Shown here in pieces: positions 26,912 through 36,101 of a stretch of 36,402 bases of DNA. A program made the translations under genes and the position numbers. Location of the stretch: NCBI GenBank assembly GCA_052386995.1, contig JBQTJP010000023.1, positions 1 to 36,402 on the forward strand. The letters run 5' to 3'. The number at the start of each line of letters is the position of its first letter. Position 1 is the stretch's first letter. This stretch comes from Armatimonadota bacterium. GTDB lineage: Bacteria > Sysuimicrobiota > Sysuimicrobiia > Sysuimicrobiales > Humicultoraceae. The notes below the pieces were generated by a model. That model worked only from the letters and a program-made list of their open reading frames with translations. It had not been told where the DNA came from and made no database searches.

Positions 26912-28146
26912 CGGCGCAGCAGTGTTACGCGTAGCAGGTTGATCGCCGCCTGGGCCGCGAGATGCCGGATGACGTGACGGCTCAGTCCGGCTCCGAGATG
27001 CAGGTCTACCGCTCGTACGGCTCCATCCGTTGCGGCGGCAAGATAGATCAGACCTACGGGCTTCGCCGGCGTCCCGCCGGTGGGTCCCGCGACGCCCGTG
27101 ATCGCGAGCCCGACATCGGCGCCGGCCTGACGGCGCGCACCCGTCGCCATCGCGGCGGCGACCTCAGCGCTGACGGCGCCGTGCTCCGCAATCATCGCCG
27201 CAGACACGCCGAGGTCCCGAGTCTTGGCTTCGTTGCTGTACGGGATGAATCCGGCCTTCAAGAATCCCGAAGCGCCGGGAACCTCGGTCAAGCGGGAGGC
27301 GACGAGGCCGCCGGTGCACGATTCGGCGACACCCAGGGTGAGGCCCCGCTCGAGCAGGAGCCTGGCTGTCGCCTCGTGCAGAGACTCGTCGTCCGTGCCA
27401 AACACCGCATCGCCCAGCCGACCGCGCAACTCGGCTTCGGCGGCCGCAATCAAGACCGCGGTTGCGTCGGGCGTCCCCTTGGCGGTGATGCGCAGGTGCA
27501 CTTCGCCGAGCTTGGCGAGCGGTGCGACGGTTGGATTGCTGCCATGGATGAGATCGCGCACGCGCTCTTCGACCACCGACTCTCCCAGGCCGGCAATGCG
27601 CAGCACGCGGGAGCGGATGATCTCACCATGCGTGCGCGCCTCAAGCCAGGGCACCAGCCCTTCGGCCACGAGTCCTTCCATTTCGTGCGGAACGCCGGGA
27701 AACATGAAGATCGTTCTCCCCGCCACGGGGACGATGAGGCCCGGAGCCGTGCCACGCCGGTTGGGAGTCACCTGCGCGCCAGAGGGAATGCGTGCCTGCC
27801 GGAAAATCGACTCCGGTGCGGTGCGATGCCGCTGTGTGAAAAACCCGGCGATAGTATCGGCGACCGCCTGATCAAACACCAGCGGAACGCCCGCGGCCAG
27901 CGCGACAGCCTCGGCGGTCAGATCATCTTCGGTTGGGCCGAGACCGCCGGTCATGATGACCAGGTCTGCGCGTCCAAGCGCCAGATCCACGGCCGCGCGG
28001 ACCCGCTCCAGATTGTCGCCCACCGTCTGCTTGTGAAGGAGATCGACGCCGTGGGTGGCCAGGAGGCGCGCCAGATACGCCGCGTTGCTGTCCGTGATCT
28101 GCCCGAGAAGCAACTCCGTGCCGACGGAGATGAGCTCAGCGCGCAT
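26908..28146 (-). CDS. cinA: Competence/damage-inducible protein CinA (with PncC domain)
   Basis: VGTELLLG, GGLGPTEDDLT, PGVPHEM, AESCTGG, GAVS, TGVAGP. Confidence 0.97.
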   Translation of the reverse strand: MRAELISVGTELLLGQITDSNAAYLARLLATHGVDLLHKQTVGDNLERVRAAVDLALGRADLVIMTGGLGPTEDDLTAEAVALAAGVPLVFDQAVADTIAGFFTQRHRTAPESIFRQARIPSGAQVTPNRRGTAPGLIVPVAGRTIFMFPGVPHEMEGLVAEGLVPWLEARTHGEIIRSRVLRIAGLGESVVEERVRDLIHGSNPTVAPLAKLGEVHLRITAKGTPDATAVLIAAAEAELRGRLGDAVFGTDDESLHEATARLLLERGLTLGVAESCTGGLVASRLTEVPGASGFLKAGFIPYSNEAKTRDLGVSAAMIAEHGAVSAEVAAAMATGARRQAGADVGLAITGVAGPTGGTPAKPVGLIYLAAATDGAVRAVDLHLGAGLSRHVIRHLAAQAAINLLRVTLLRR

Positions 28147-28178
28147 CGCCACTCACAGTCTGGTAGTGCCGAGAAATT

Positions 28179-29036
28179 TCAGGGGTTGACGTCTTTTGTA
28201 AACGTCCGGCTCACGACCTGGCCGCGCCGTCCCAGCGTTCCGACGGCTTTGCCGTTGACCGTCACGACGACGGCGGCAGCATTGCCGATGCGGATCCTCA
28301 TCGAGCCGGCGCTCTGCCATCGGTAAGTCTCACCGGCCGTGATGATTCCTTCGTAGATCTCGCCGTCCTCGCCTTGCACACGAATCCACGACCGGCCCAC
28401 CGCCTGTACGTCGACGGTGATGCGTTCGGCCTCCTGCGGAACCGCCGGCTCGCCAGGGGGTATGACGGCACCGGGTGTTGCCGCGGCCGTCGCGGCCGCC
28501 GTCGGAGCCGGCACGGGTGATGAAGCGGGCGATTGCTGTGTGGCCTTCGGGGGGGCACCCGCCTGCGGGTCCGGCTGTACCTGGCGATTGAATTCGCGGA
28601 CCTGCTGGAGAAAGAACACGGCCAGGATGGCGGAGGCCAGGAAGCCCACCACCGCGGTCGTGGTGGCCGCGCGCCGCAGCGGCGACGGCGTGCGCCCGGG
28701 CATGATCGCGCTGTCCAACCGGTGGAGGTCGTCCCGCGCCGACGCCGGGCCGGTCGCCTGGCCGGCGCCAGAGACGGCCGCGACCAGTTGCTCGACCAGA
28801 GGGTCCGGATCGAGACCAAGCTCGACGGCGTACGTACGAAGAAAGCCTCGGGCAAACGGGAGCGGAGGAAGATCGCCGAAGCGGTCCGCTTCCAGCGCGG
28901 TGAGGTATCGGTCGTCGATCTTGGTGCGCACGCGCATTTCGGCGAGCGACAGACCTCGCCTCGAGCGCGCGGCACGCAAGGCAGCGCCGATGCCGGCCGG
29001 ATCCGACCCTGTATGGGGCACTTGTGGGGTCGTCAC
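28179..29036 (-). CDS. rodZ: RodZ-like HTH membrane protein (DUF4115)
   Basis: IGAALRAARSRRGLSL...YLTALE..FARGFLRTYA; TM helix; SWIRV...RIGNAAAV..VNG. Confidence 0.9.
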   Translation of the reverse strand: MTTPQVPHTGSDPAGIGAALRAARSRRGLSLAEMRVRTKIDDRYLTALEADRFGDLPPLPFARGFLRTYAVELGLDPDPLVEQLVAAVSGAGQATGPASARDDLHRLDSAIMPGRTPSPLRRAATTTAVVGFLASAILAVFFLQQVREFNRQVQPDPQAGAPPKATQQSPASSPVPAPTAAATAAATPGAVIPPGEPAVPQEAERITVDVQAVGRSWIRVQGEDGEIYEGIITAGETYRWQSAGSMRIRIGNAAAVVVTVNGKAVGTLGRRGQVVSRTFTKDVNP

Positions 29037-30040
29037 GGTCTACCACTTCCCTTCGCCGATCTTCTTTCCCTTCGGACGGCCAGATCAGGCCGTCTCCGAG
29101 GCGTCCCAGCGCGGGGGCGACCGGCGAGCGCGACCGCGATTTCGGCGGCAAGACCTGCGTTCGCTTCGAGGAGCCGAAGGTTGGCCGAAAGGCTCCGCCC
29201 GCCCGTCGCCGCGGCGATGGCAGACAGCAGAAACGGCGTCAGCGCCGGACCGGTGATGCGGGCGGTGCGGGCCCGCTCGAGCGCATCGGTGAGGGCCGCG
29301 TCGACGATCTCCGAGTCGAGCGCGGCATCGGCAGGTGGGGGCTGAACGACCAGCAACGCGGCGGCGGTGCCGACTGCCATCTGGGCGCGGGCGATGGCCG
29401 CGATTTCCTCGGCCGTCTCGGCACGGTGCGCCAGGAAGAGTCCGCTGGAGCGCACGACGAACGCGGGAAAGGTGTCGGTCCGATAGCCGACCACGGTCAC
29501 ACCGAGCGTGTCCAGGGCTTCAACGGTGCGTCGCTGATCGCAGATGATCTTGGCGCCGGCGCAGACCACGACGAGCGGATGCCGGCTCAGGGCGTGCAGA
29601 TCCGCGGAGACATCCTCAGGCGCATCCAGGTGTACACCGCCGATGCCACCCGTCGTCATCACAGCGATTCCGACCTGACCAGCAGCGGCCAGCGTCGCCG
29701 CGACGGTGGTGCCTCCCGAGCGGCCTTTCGCCACGGCGACCGGCAGGTCGCGCTCCGCAACCTTGAGCGCCGCGGGGTCGAGGAGAAACGCCAGGTCGGC
29801 CGGAGAGACGCCAACCTCCAGGCGGCCATCTCTGATTGCGATGAGCGCCGGTGTGGCGCCGTGGGAGCGTACAATCTGATCCAAACGGGCGGCCAGTGCA
29901 CGGGCCGCATCTGCCGGCACACCGTGCGAGAGGACGGCGCTCTCCATTGCCACCACCGGCCCGCGGCGTGCCAGCGCGCGGGACACTTCGGCAAGCACAT
30001 GGATGTGACGCCGATGCCCTGTGCGCGCGCGGCTCTTCAT
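29033..30040 (-). CDS. psuG: Pseudouridine-5'-phosphate glycosidase family protein
   Basis: VVAMES..SHG, TTVAAT, TGGIGGVH, DVSADL, VCAGAK, LTPFLL. Confidence 0.92.
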   Translation of the reverse strand: MKSRARTGHRRHIHVLAEVSRALARRGPVVAMESAVLSHGVPADAARALAARLDQIVRSHGATPALIAIRDGRLEVGVSPADLAFLLDPAALKVAERDLPVAVAKGRSGGTTVAATLAAAGQVGIAVMTTGGIGGVHLDAPEDVSADLHALSRHPLVVVCAGAKIICDQRRTVEALDTLGVTVVGYRTDTFPAFVVRSSGLFLAHRAETAEEIAAIARAQMAVGTAAALLVVQPPPADAALDSEIVDAALTDALERARTARITGPALTPFLLSAIAAATGGRSLSANLRLLEANAGLAAEIAVALAGRPRAGTPRRRPDLAVRRERRSAKGSGRP

Positions 30041-30936
30041 CCGTGAATCACCGTGGACAGTCCCGCCGGTGTATTCTCCTCCGACCGAACCACCTCGGCC
30101 GCGGCGGCGACGGCCAGATCAGCGGTCGCCTGGGGATCCAGACCTGCCAGGCACGCGTGGACCGCGGCGGCGGCCACGGCGTCACCGGCGCCCGCGGGTT
30201 CAACGACCGGGACGTCCGCGGCGGGCACCTTGACCGCTTCATCCGCGGTCAGGACCGCGACCCCGGCCGGTCCGAGCGTCAGCACAACACGCTCGACGCC
30301 TTCGGTCAGCAGTGCGGTCCCCAGCGCCTGCCAACCCAGCGTCGCGGGAAGGCCCGTGAGGACCAGCGCTTCGGGACGGTTGCACACGAGCGCCGCGGCG
30401 CCGGACAGGACCGGACGGAGACGCACCGACTTCTGCGGTGACGTCGCCAGCAAGACACGCGGAATGCCGGCCGCCTGGGAGGCCAGCGCGCGCTGTACCG
30501 GTTCGAGAAGGTTCGCGTCGGTCACCACGAGTGACGCGTCGGCGATCACCGGACGCCAGGATTCCAGATCCACGGCATCGAGGCTCTCACTGAGCCCGGC
30601 ATCGGCAACGCTCCAGGTCTCGCCGCCCGGTGCTGCCACGGTCACGAACACGCCCGTCGATCCATGCCGGGAGAGCACGTGTGTGACATCAACACCCGCC
30701 TCGGACGTACTCTGCAACAGCCACCGGCCCAGCGGATCCAGCCCGACGGCCGAGAGCAGCACCGCGGCATGGCCCAGGCGCGTCACGTTGACCGCCACGT
30801 TGCGCGCGGCTCCGCCCGGCAGCAGCCGCACTTTCCCCGGCAGCGACTGCCCCGGCATCCATCCGGCCCCGGTGGATGCGCGAACGTCCACGAGCGCCCC
30901 ACCCGCAACCACGATCGTGCTCTGACTCGAAGCGAT
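30037..30936 (-). CDS. PfkB-family kinase, probable pseudouridine kinase (start uncertain)
   Basis: IVVAGGALVD, PGGAARNVAVN, NRPEA, VLTLGPAG, GAGD; overlaps the psuG start (ATGA). Confidence 0.88.
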   Translation of the reverse strand: MASSQSTIVVAGGALVDVRASTGAGWMPGQSLPGKVRLLPGGAARNVAVNVTRLGHAAVLLSAVGLDPLGRWLLQSTSEAGVDVTHVLSRHGSTGVFVTVAAPGGETWSVADAGLSESLDAVDLESWRPVIADASLVVTDANLLEPVQRALASQAAGIPRVLLATSPQKSVRLRPVLSGAAALVCNRPEALVLTGLPATLGWQALGTALLTEGVERVVLTLGPAGVAVLTADEAVKVPAADVPVVEPAGAGDAVAAAAVHACLAGLDPQATADLAVAAAAEVVRSEENTPAGLSTVIHG

Positions 30937-30940
30937 GCGG

Positions 30941-31921
30941 CTATCCCTCCTCCTTGCTGTACGGGATCCCGTCGGCCGCCGGGGGCTGCGCCCGCCGCAT
31001 GAATCCGGCAAGGACGAGAATGGACGCGATGTGGGGCAGCACGGTGATGAACTGATAGGGAACAGTCGTGTGCACGACCCGGAGGCTCAGCGCGTCGAAG
31101 TACCCGAAGAGCGCAGACGCGCCGAGCGCGCCGATCGGCCACCAGTTGCCGAAGATCATCGCGGCCAGCGCGATGAAGCCGCGTCCCTGGGTCATCCCTT
31201 CGAGGTATCCACGGCCCTGCTCGATTGACAGGTAGCCTCCGGCGAGACCGGCCAGCGCGCCGCTGATCAGCACGCCCGCGTAGCGCATGCGCGCGACGCT
31301 GATGCCCAGCGTGTCCGCCGCGCCCGGATGCTCGCCGACCGCGCGCAGGCGCAACCCGAACACGGTGCGCAGCAGAACCCACTGCCCGACGACCACGGCC
31401 ACCAGCGTGAGCGGGATGACGGGCGAGATCCCGGTGGCGATTGGGGCAAAGGCCGGCACATCCTTCAGCCACGGGATATCCACGGCCGCGAAGCCGCGGA
31501 TCCCCGGCGACTGCGTGGCCACTCCAAAGAACAGGATGTTCATGAACCGCGCAAGCCCGACCGCGAGCAGATTGAGCGCGACGCCGCTGATGATGTGATC
31601 GACTCGAAACGCGATGGCCACCACCGCGTGGATCAGCGAGAACAACACGCCGGCGGCCATCGCCGCGAGCATCCCCGCCACGGGAGCCAGGCCTGCCCAG
31701 CTCCCCCCACTCCCCGGTGCGGAAAGCGCCTGCGCGGCCAGATGCGTCCCGGCCGCGCCAAAGAACGTCCCCATAATCATGATGCCTTCCAGACCGATGT
31801 TGACGACCCCGCCGCGTTCGGAGTAGACGGCTCCCATGGCCGCGAGCAAGATGGGCACGGTTAGGCGCACCGCCGAGGCGAGCAGGGCTAGGCTGATCAG
31901 CGACGCGAGCAGGTCGGTCAT
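30941..31921 (-). CDS. Nucleoside ABC transporter permease (YufQ/NupC-like)
   Basis: SERGGVVNIGLEG, FGLRLRAVGEHP.AADTLG, GRGFIALAAMIFGNW. Confidence 0.93.
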   Translation of the reverse strand: MTDLLASLISLALLASAVRLTVPILLAAMGAVYSERGGVVNIGLEGIMIMGTFFGAAGTHLAAQALSAPGSGGSWAGLAPVAGMLAAMAAGVLFSLIHAVVAIAFRVDHIISGVALNLLAVGLARFMNILFFGVATQSPGIRGFAAVDIPWLKDVPAFAPIATGISPVIPLTLVAVVVGQWVLLRTVFGLRLRAVGEHPGAADTLGISVARMRYAGVLISGALAGLAGGYLSIEQGRGYLEGMTQGRGFIALAAMIFGNWWPIGALGASALFGYFDALSLRVVHTTVPYQFITVLPHIASILVLAGFMRRAQPPAADGIPYSKEEG

Positions 31922-33063
31922 CGTACCGCGTCCCCCACGGGCCCGACCACCGGAGGGACCGTCACCCGCTCAGCCTCCCGCTTCCGCTGAGTGCGGACAT
32001 AACGCGTCAGCAATTCATAGGCCACGACGATGGCGAGAATAATGATGGCCTGGAGAATCGTGATCACCTCGCGCGGCATACTCACGAAGACCTGCACGCC
32101 TTGGGCGCCCCGATCGAGGAATCCGAACAAGAGCGCGGCCGGGATGATCCCGAGGGGGTGGTTCCTGGCCAGCAGCGCCACCGAGATGCCGAGAAAGCCG
32201 AGACCCTTTGGGAAGTCGATGTCGAAGTACCCGAAGAAGCCGAGGACATCGGACAGTCCGACCAGCCCTGCGATGGCGCCGCCTGCCAGGAACATGATGA
32301 ACTGCACGCGCGCCAGCGGAATGGCCGCGGCCTCGGCCGCCGCGGGATTGAGCGCCACGGCGCGCACCTCATATCCGAACCGGCTGCGGGCCAGGATATA
32401 GGCCGCGATCACGCAAAGGGCCACGCCCACGAGCAGAAACCAGTTCAGCGCCGAGTGCTCGGGGATGCCGATCCCCAGCGGCGCGAGCAGCGGCCGTAGA
32501 AACGGGATGCGCGCGCTCCCAGGGAACTCGGGCGTCCGCACGCGCGGCGTACCTGCCTGCGCCGGGTCGCGGAAGACATCGGCGAGCAGATAGAGCACCA
32601 GGGCCGCGGCAATGTAGTTCATCATGATCGTGGTGATGACCTCATGTGCGCCGCGCTTGAGCCTGAGCACGATCGGCAGGAACGCCCACAGTGCCCCGGC
32701 CGCCAGCGCCGCGAGGACCGCAAGGGGCAGGTGGATGGCCTGCGGCAGCCCCTTGATCGCAAACCCGACCCACGCGGCGGCAAACGCGCCCACGTAGTAC
32801 TGGCCCTCCACGCCGATGTTCCAGAGGTTGACGCGGAACGACAGCGCCACGGCAAGCCCGGACAGAATCAACGGGGTCGCCTTGAAGAAGATCGCCGCCA
32901 GGCTGTCGGCACGGGTCAGGCTGAAGCGCAGCATCAGCGAGTACACGTCGAGCGGATTCTTGCCGATGGCGAGGATGATGCCCGCTGCCGCGGCAAAGCC
33001 GAACGCGATCGCCAGGAACGGCGTCAATATCTGGAGTGCGCCGAGGCGCAGCCGCGTGCTCAC
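31918..33063 (-). CDS. Nucleoside ABC transporter permease (YufP/NupB-like)
   Basis: NIGVEGQ, HEVITTIMMNYIA, GYEVRAV, GISVALLARNHP. Confidence 0.93.
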   Translation of the reverse strand: MSTRLRLGALQILTPFLAIAFGFAAAAGIILAIGKNPLDVYSLMLRFSLTRADSLAAIFFKATPLILSGLAVALSFRVNLWNIGVEGQYYVGAFAAAWVGFAIKGLPQAIHLPLAVLAALAAGALWAFLPIVLRLKRGAHEVITTIMMNYIAAALVLYLLADVFRDPAQAGTPRVRTPEFPGSARIPFLRPLLAPLGIGIPEHSALNWFLLVGVALCVIAAYILARSRFGYEVRAVALNPAAAEAAAIPLARVQFIMFLAGGAIAGLVGLSDVLGFFGYFDIDFPKGLGFLGISVALLARNHPLGIIPAALLFGFLDRGAQGVQVFVSMPREVITILQAIIILAIVVAYELLTRYVRTQRKREAERVTVPPVVGPVGDAVR

Positions 33064-34586
33064 GCGGTGCGTTCCTCGGCGCGCCGTTCACCGGCCATGC
33101 ACAGCCCGAGCTCCTTCGGGCTGGCCGCGCCGCGGGCGAACTCGGCGACGATCTCGCCCGCGCATATCACCCCGATCCGATCGGCCAGCGAGAGGATTTC
33201 TTCGAGCATCGCGGAGACGAGTACCACGGCCAGACCCGCGGAGCGGGCGTCGATGATCTGACGCCGGACGAACTCGGTGGCGCCAATGTCCAGGCCCCGG
33301 GTCGGCTGCGCGGCGATCACCACGGACGGTGCGAAGGCAAACTCACGGGCGACAATGACCTTCTGTTGATTGCCCCCCGACAGAGCAAGTGCCGGCGTTC
33401 GAATCGACGGCGTCCGGATATCGAACGCGGCGACCTGGTCGCCGGCGAACTTATCGATCGCACGGCTATCGAGGAAGGCGTCGCGTCCAAACTCCGGACG
33501 CACGTGATGCCCCAGGATGAGATTTTCGCGAACCTCCATGGGCAGCACGAGTCCGCGGAGGTGCCGGTCTTCCGGGATATGGCCGACGCCGAGGAGCCGG
33601 ATCGCCCTTGGCCCGCCGCGCGTGACATCCCGCCCCATGATTACGAGCCGGCCCGCAATCAGCGGGCGCAGGCCGACGAGCGCTTCCACGAGCTCGGTCT
33701 GTCCGTTGCCTTCCACGCCGGCGATGCCGTAGATCTCACCGCTGTGCACCGCAAAGGAGACGCCACGCACCGCCGGGCGGCCGCGCGCGCCGGCCACCAC
33801 CGCCCCATCGACCTCCAGGCGCACCGGCCCCGGCGTCACCGGAGGGACCGCCAGGTCGAGCAGCACGGGGCGCCCGACCATCATCTCGGCGATCTGGGCT
33901 TTGGTCGCGCCCGCGGCGTGGAGCGTACCCACTACATGGCCGCGCCGTAGGACCGTGATCCGATCGGCGATGCCGAGAACTTCCTCGAGGATGTGGCTGA
34001 TGAAGACGATCGTCTTGCCCTCTTCCCGCAGCCGGCGCAGATTGGCGAAGAGGTCATCGACCTCTTGTGGCGTCAAGACGGCGGTCGGCTCGTCGAGGAT
34101 GAGGATCTGCGCGCCGCGATAAAGGACCTTGACGATCTCGACCCGCTGCTGTTCGCCGACCGAAAGCGTCGCCACCACGGCATCGGGATCCAGGACGAAG
34201 CCGTACTGCGCGCAGAGCGCCCGGATGCGCTCGCGGGCGTCGTCCATGTCCAGCCGCCCGCCGTGAGCCGGCTCCGATCCAAGAATGACGTTCTCCGCCA
34301 CGGTGAACCGGGGAATGAGCTTGAAGTGCTGGTGGACCATGCCGATCCCAAGGCCGATGGCACGGCGTGGGCTGTCGAGGATGACCTGGCGGCCGCCGAC
34401 GGCAATCGTCCCCGCGTCGGGCGGATAGAGCCCGTAGAGGATCTTCATTAAAGTAGATTTCCCGGCGCCGTTCTCGCCGACAAGCGCGTGGATCTCGGCG
34501 GTGGCCACTTCAAAGGAAATGTGATCATTGGCGAGCACGCCGGGAAACCGCTTGGTGATCCCGGCGAGCTCGATGGCGGGGGGCAT
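33060..34586 (-). CDS. ABC transporter ATP-binding protein, two-domain CUT2 type (YufO/NupA-like)
   Basis: GENGAGKST, LSVGEQQRVEI, LDEPT, LSGGNQQK, AQPTRGLD. Confidence 0.95.
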   Translation of the reverse strand: MPPAIELAGITKRFPGVLANDHISFEVATAEIHALVGENGAGKSTLMKILYGLYPPDAGTIAVGGRQVILDSPRRAIGLGIGMVHQHFKLIPRFTVAENVILGSEPAHGGRLDMDDARERIRALCAQYGFVLDPDAVVATLSVGEQQRVEIVKVLYRGAQILILDEPTAVLTPQEVDDLFANLRRLREEGKTIVFISHILEEVLGIADRITVLRRGHVVGTLHAAGATKAQIAEMMVGRPVLLDLAVPPVTPGPVRLEVDGAVVAGARGRPAVRGVSFAVHSGEIYGIAGVEGNGQTELVEALVGLRPLIAGRLVIMGRDVTRGGPRAIRLLGVGHIPEDRHLRGLVLPMEVRENLILGHHVRPEFGRDAFLDSRAIDKFAGDQVAAFDIRTPSIRTPALALSGGNQQKVIVAREFAFAPSVVIAAQPTRGLDIGATEFVRRQIIDARSAGLAVVLVSAMLEEILSLADRIGVICAGEIVAEFARGAASPKELGLCMAGERRAEERTA

Positions 34587-34633
34587 GGCGGCAGAGCGGG
34601 GAGCTGGGCTCTGGCCGGGCCCCCCGTGTCGGC

Positions 34634-35695
34634 CTAGCGCTTCAAACCTTTGACGAAGGTGTCCAGCTCTTTGCGGTCGGCGGGCACCTTGATCTTGCCG
34701 GCGATAATATCCTTCTTCAGCGCCTCCAGACGCGGGACGATATCGCGCATCTGCGCGCGGTTGTGGTCATTGACAGCGTAGCCGACACCGCCTTCCTTCA
34801 GCCCGAACGACTGCACGCCCGCTTTGTACTTCCCGTTGACCAGGGCCTTGATCGTTTCGTACACGGCCACGTCGACGCGCTTCATCATGCTCGTCAGGAT
34901 CTGCTTGCGCTGATCCTCCTTGGCCGTCAATGACTGATCGGCGTCGACGCCGATCGCCATCTTCCCCTTGACGACGGCGGCCTCAAACACGCCGATGCCC
35001 GTCCCACCCGAGGCATGGTAGATGATGTCCGCGCCGCGATCGTACTGGGCCGTGGCGAGCTCCTTGCCTTTGACGGGATCGCGGAACGCTTCGCCGGTGG
35101 TCCCAGCGTAGTCGGAATACACTTCGATCGAGGGCCTCACATACTTGGCGCCGGCGATGAACCCGGCCTCAAACTTCTCGATCAGCGGGATCTTCATCCC
35201 GCCCACGAAGCCAACCTTTCCGGCCTTGGACTTGAGCGCCGCGGCGGCCCCCACCAGGAACGACCCCTCGTGCTCTTTGAACAACAGGCTCACGACGTTT
35301 GGCTCTTTGTCGATGAAGCCATCCACGATGCCGAACTTCACACTCGGGAACGCCTTCGCGACACGCGTGATGCTGTCGGTGAAGAGAAACCCGATGCCGA
35401 AGATGAGGTCGTACTTCTCACCGGCCAGCAGGCGCAGCAGCTCCTCGCGGTTCTCCCCGCCCGCGGTCGGCTCGAGGTCCTTGACCTCGACTTTCGCACC
35501 CAATTCCTTCGCCGCGCGCGAGAGGCCCGCGTAGGCCATGTCGTTGAACGATAGATCGCCGCGCCCACCGACGTCGTACACCATGCCCACGCGCATCTTC
35601 TTCATCTGCGCGGTGGCCGGCGGTGTCGGCGCGGCCATGGCCAGCACGAGAAGCCCGGCGCACACCAGTCCGCCAAGACGGAGGAACATTCTCAT
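34634..35695 (-). CDS. BMP-family nucleoside-binding protein of the ABC transporter
   Basis: GGRGDLSFND, FKEHEGSFLVG, GADIIYHASG, IGVDADQ, TSMMKRVD; GGAGGTG RBS; signal peptide ending ATA-Q. Confidence 0.95.
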   Translation of the reverse strand: MRMFLRLGGLVCAGLLVLAMAAPTPPATAQMKKMRVGMVYDVGGRGDLSFNDMAYAGLSRAAKELGAKVEVKDLEPTAGGENREELLRLLAGEKYDLIFGIGFLFTDSITRVAKAFPSVKFGIVDGFIDKEPNVVSLLFKEHEGSFLVGAAAALKSKAGKVGFVGGMKIPLIEKFEAGFIAGAKYVRPSIEVYSDYAGTTGEAFRDPVKGKELATAQYDRGADIIYHASGGTGIGVFEAAVVKGKMAIGVDADQSLTAKEDQRKQILTSMMKRVDVAVYETIKALVNGKYKAGVQSFGLKEGGVGYAVNDHNRAQMRDIVPRLEALKKDIIAGKIKVPADRKELDTFVKGLKR

Positions 35696-36101
35696 CGATC
35701 CACCTCCCTGAAATTGTCGCGGCCCCGCGGAACGCGGCCGGTTCAACTGGGAAACCACAGGAGGATTCGCGGGCAGCGCAGCGACACCTTTCACCGAGTT
35801 GCGTCAGGCCCCGTGCAGGGCAGGCAAGCGTTCTTTGGAGGTGCCCGTGAGATGAACTCGGGTCCGGGCCGAGTTGGGGCAAGATGCTGACCGAAGAAAG
35901 ATTTTTCGCAGGGGGGCTTGACAGGTTTTTGCAAGGCATCTCAAAATCCGCGAACAGTCGCTCGTAGAAGCCCACCACGTTCGCTAGCATCGCGTGAACA
36001 CGGTTTTGTGGCGGCACTGGCGACTCGCAAACGAATGCAGCCGCCAGCGCCGCACTGTGACGCTCCTGAGGGCTGCAAAATCGTCATGCTATAACTGAGC
36101 C

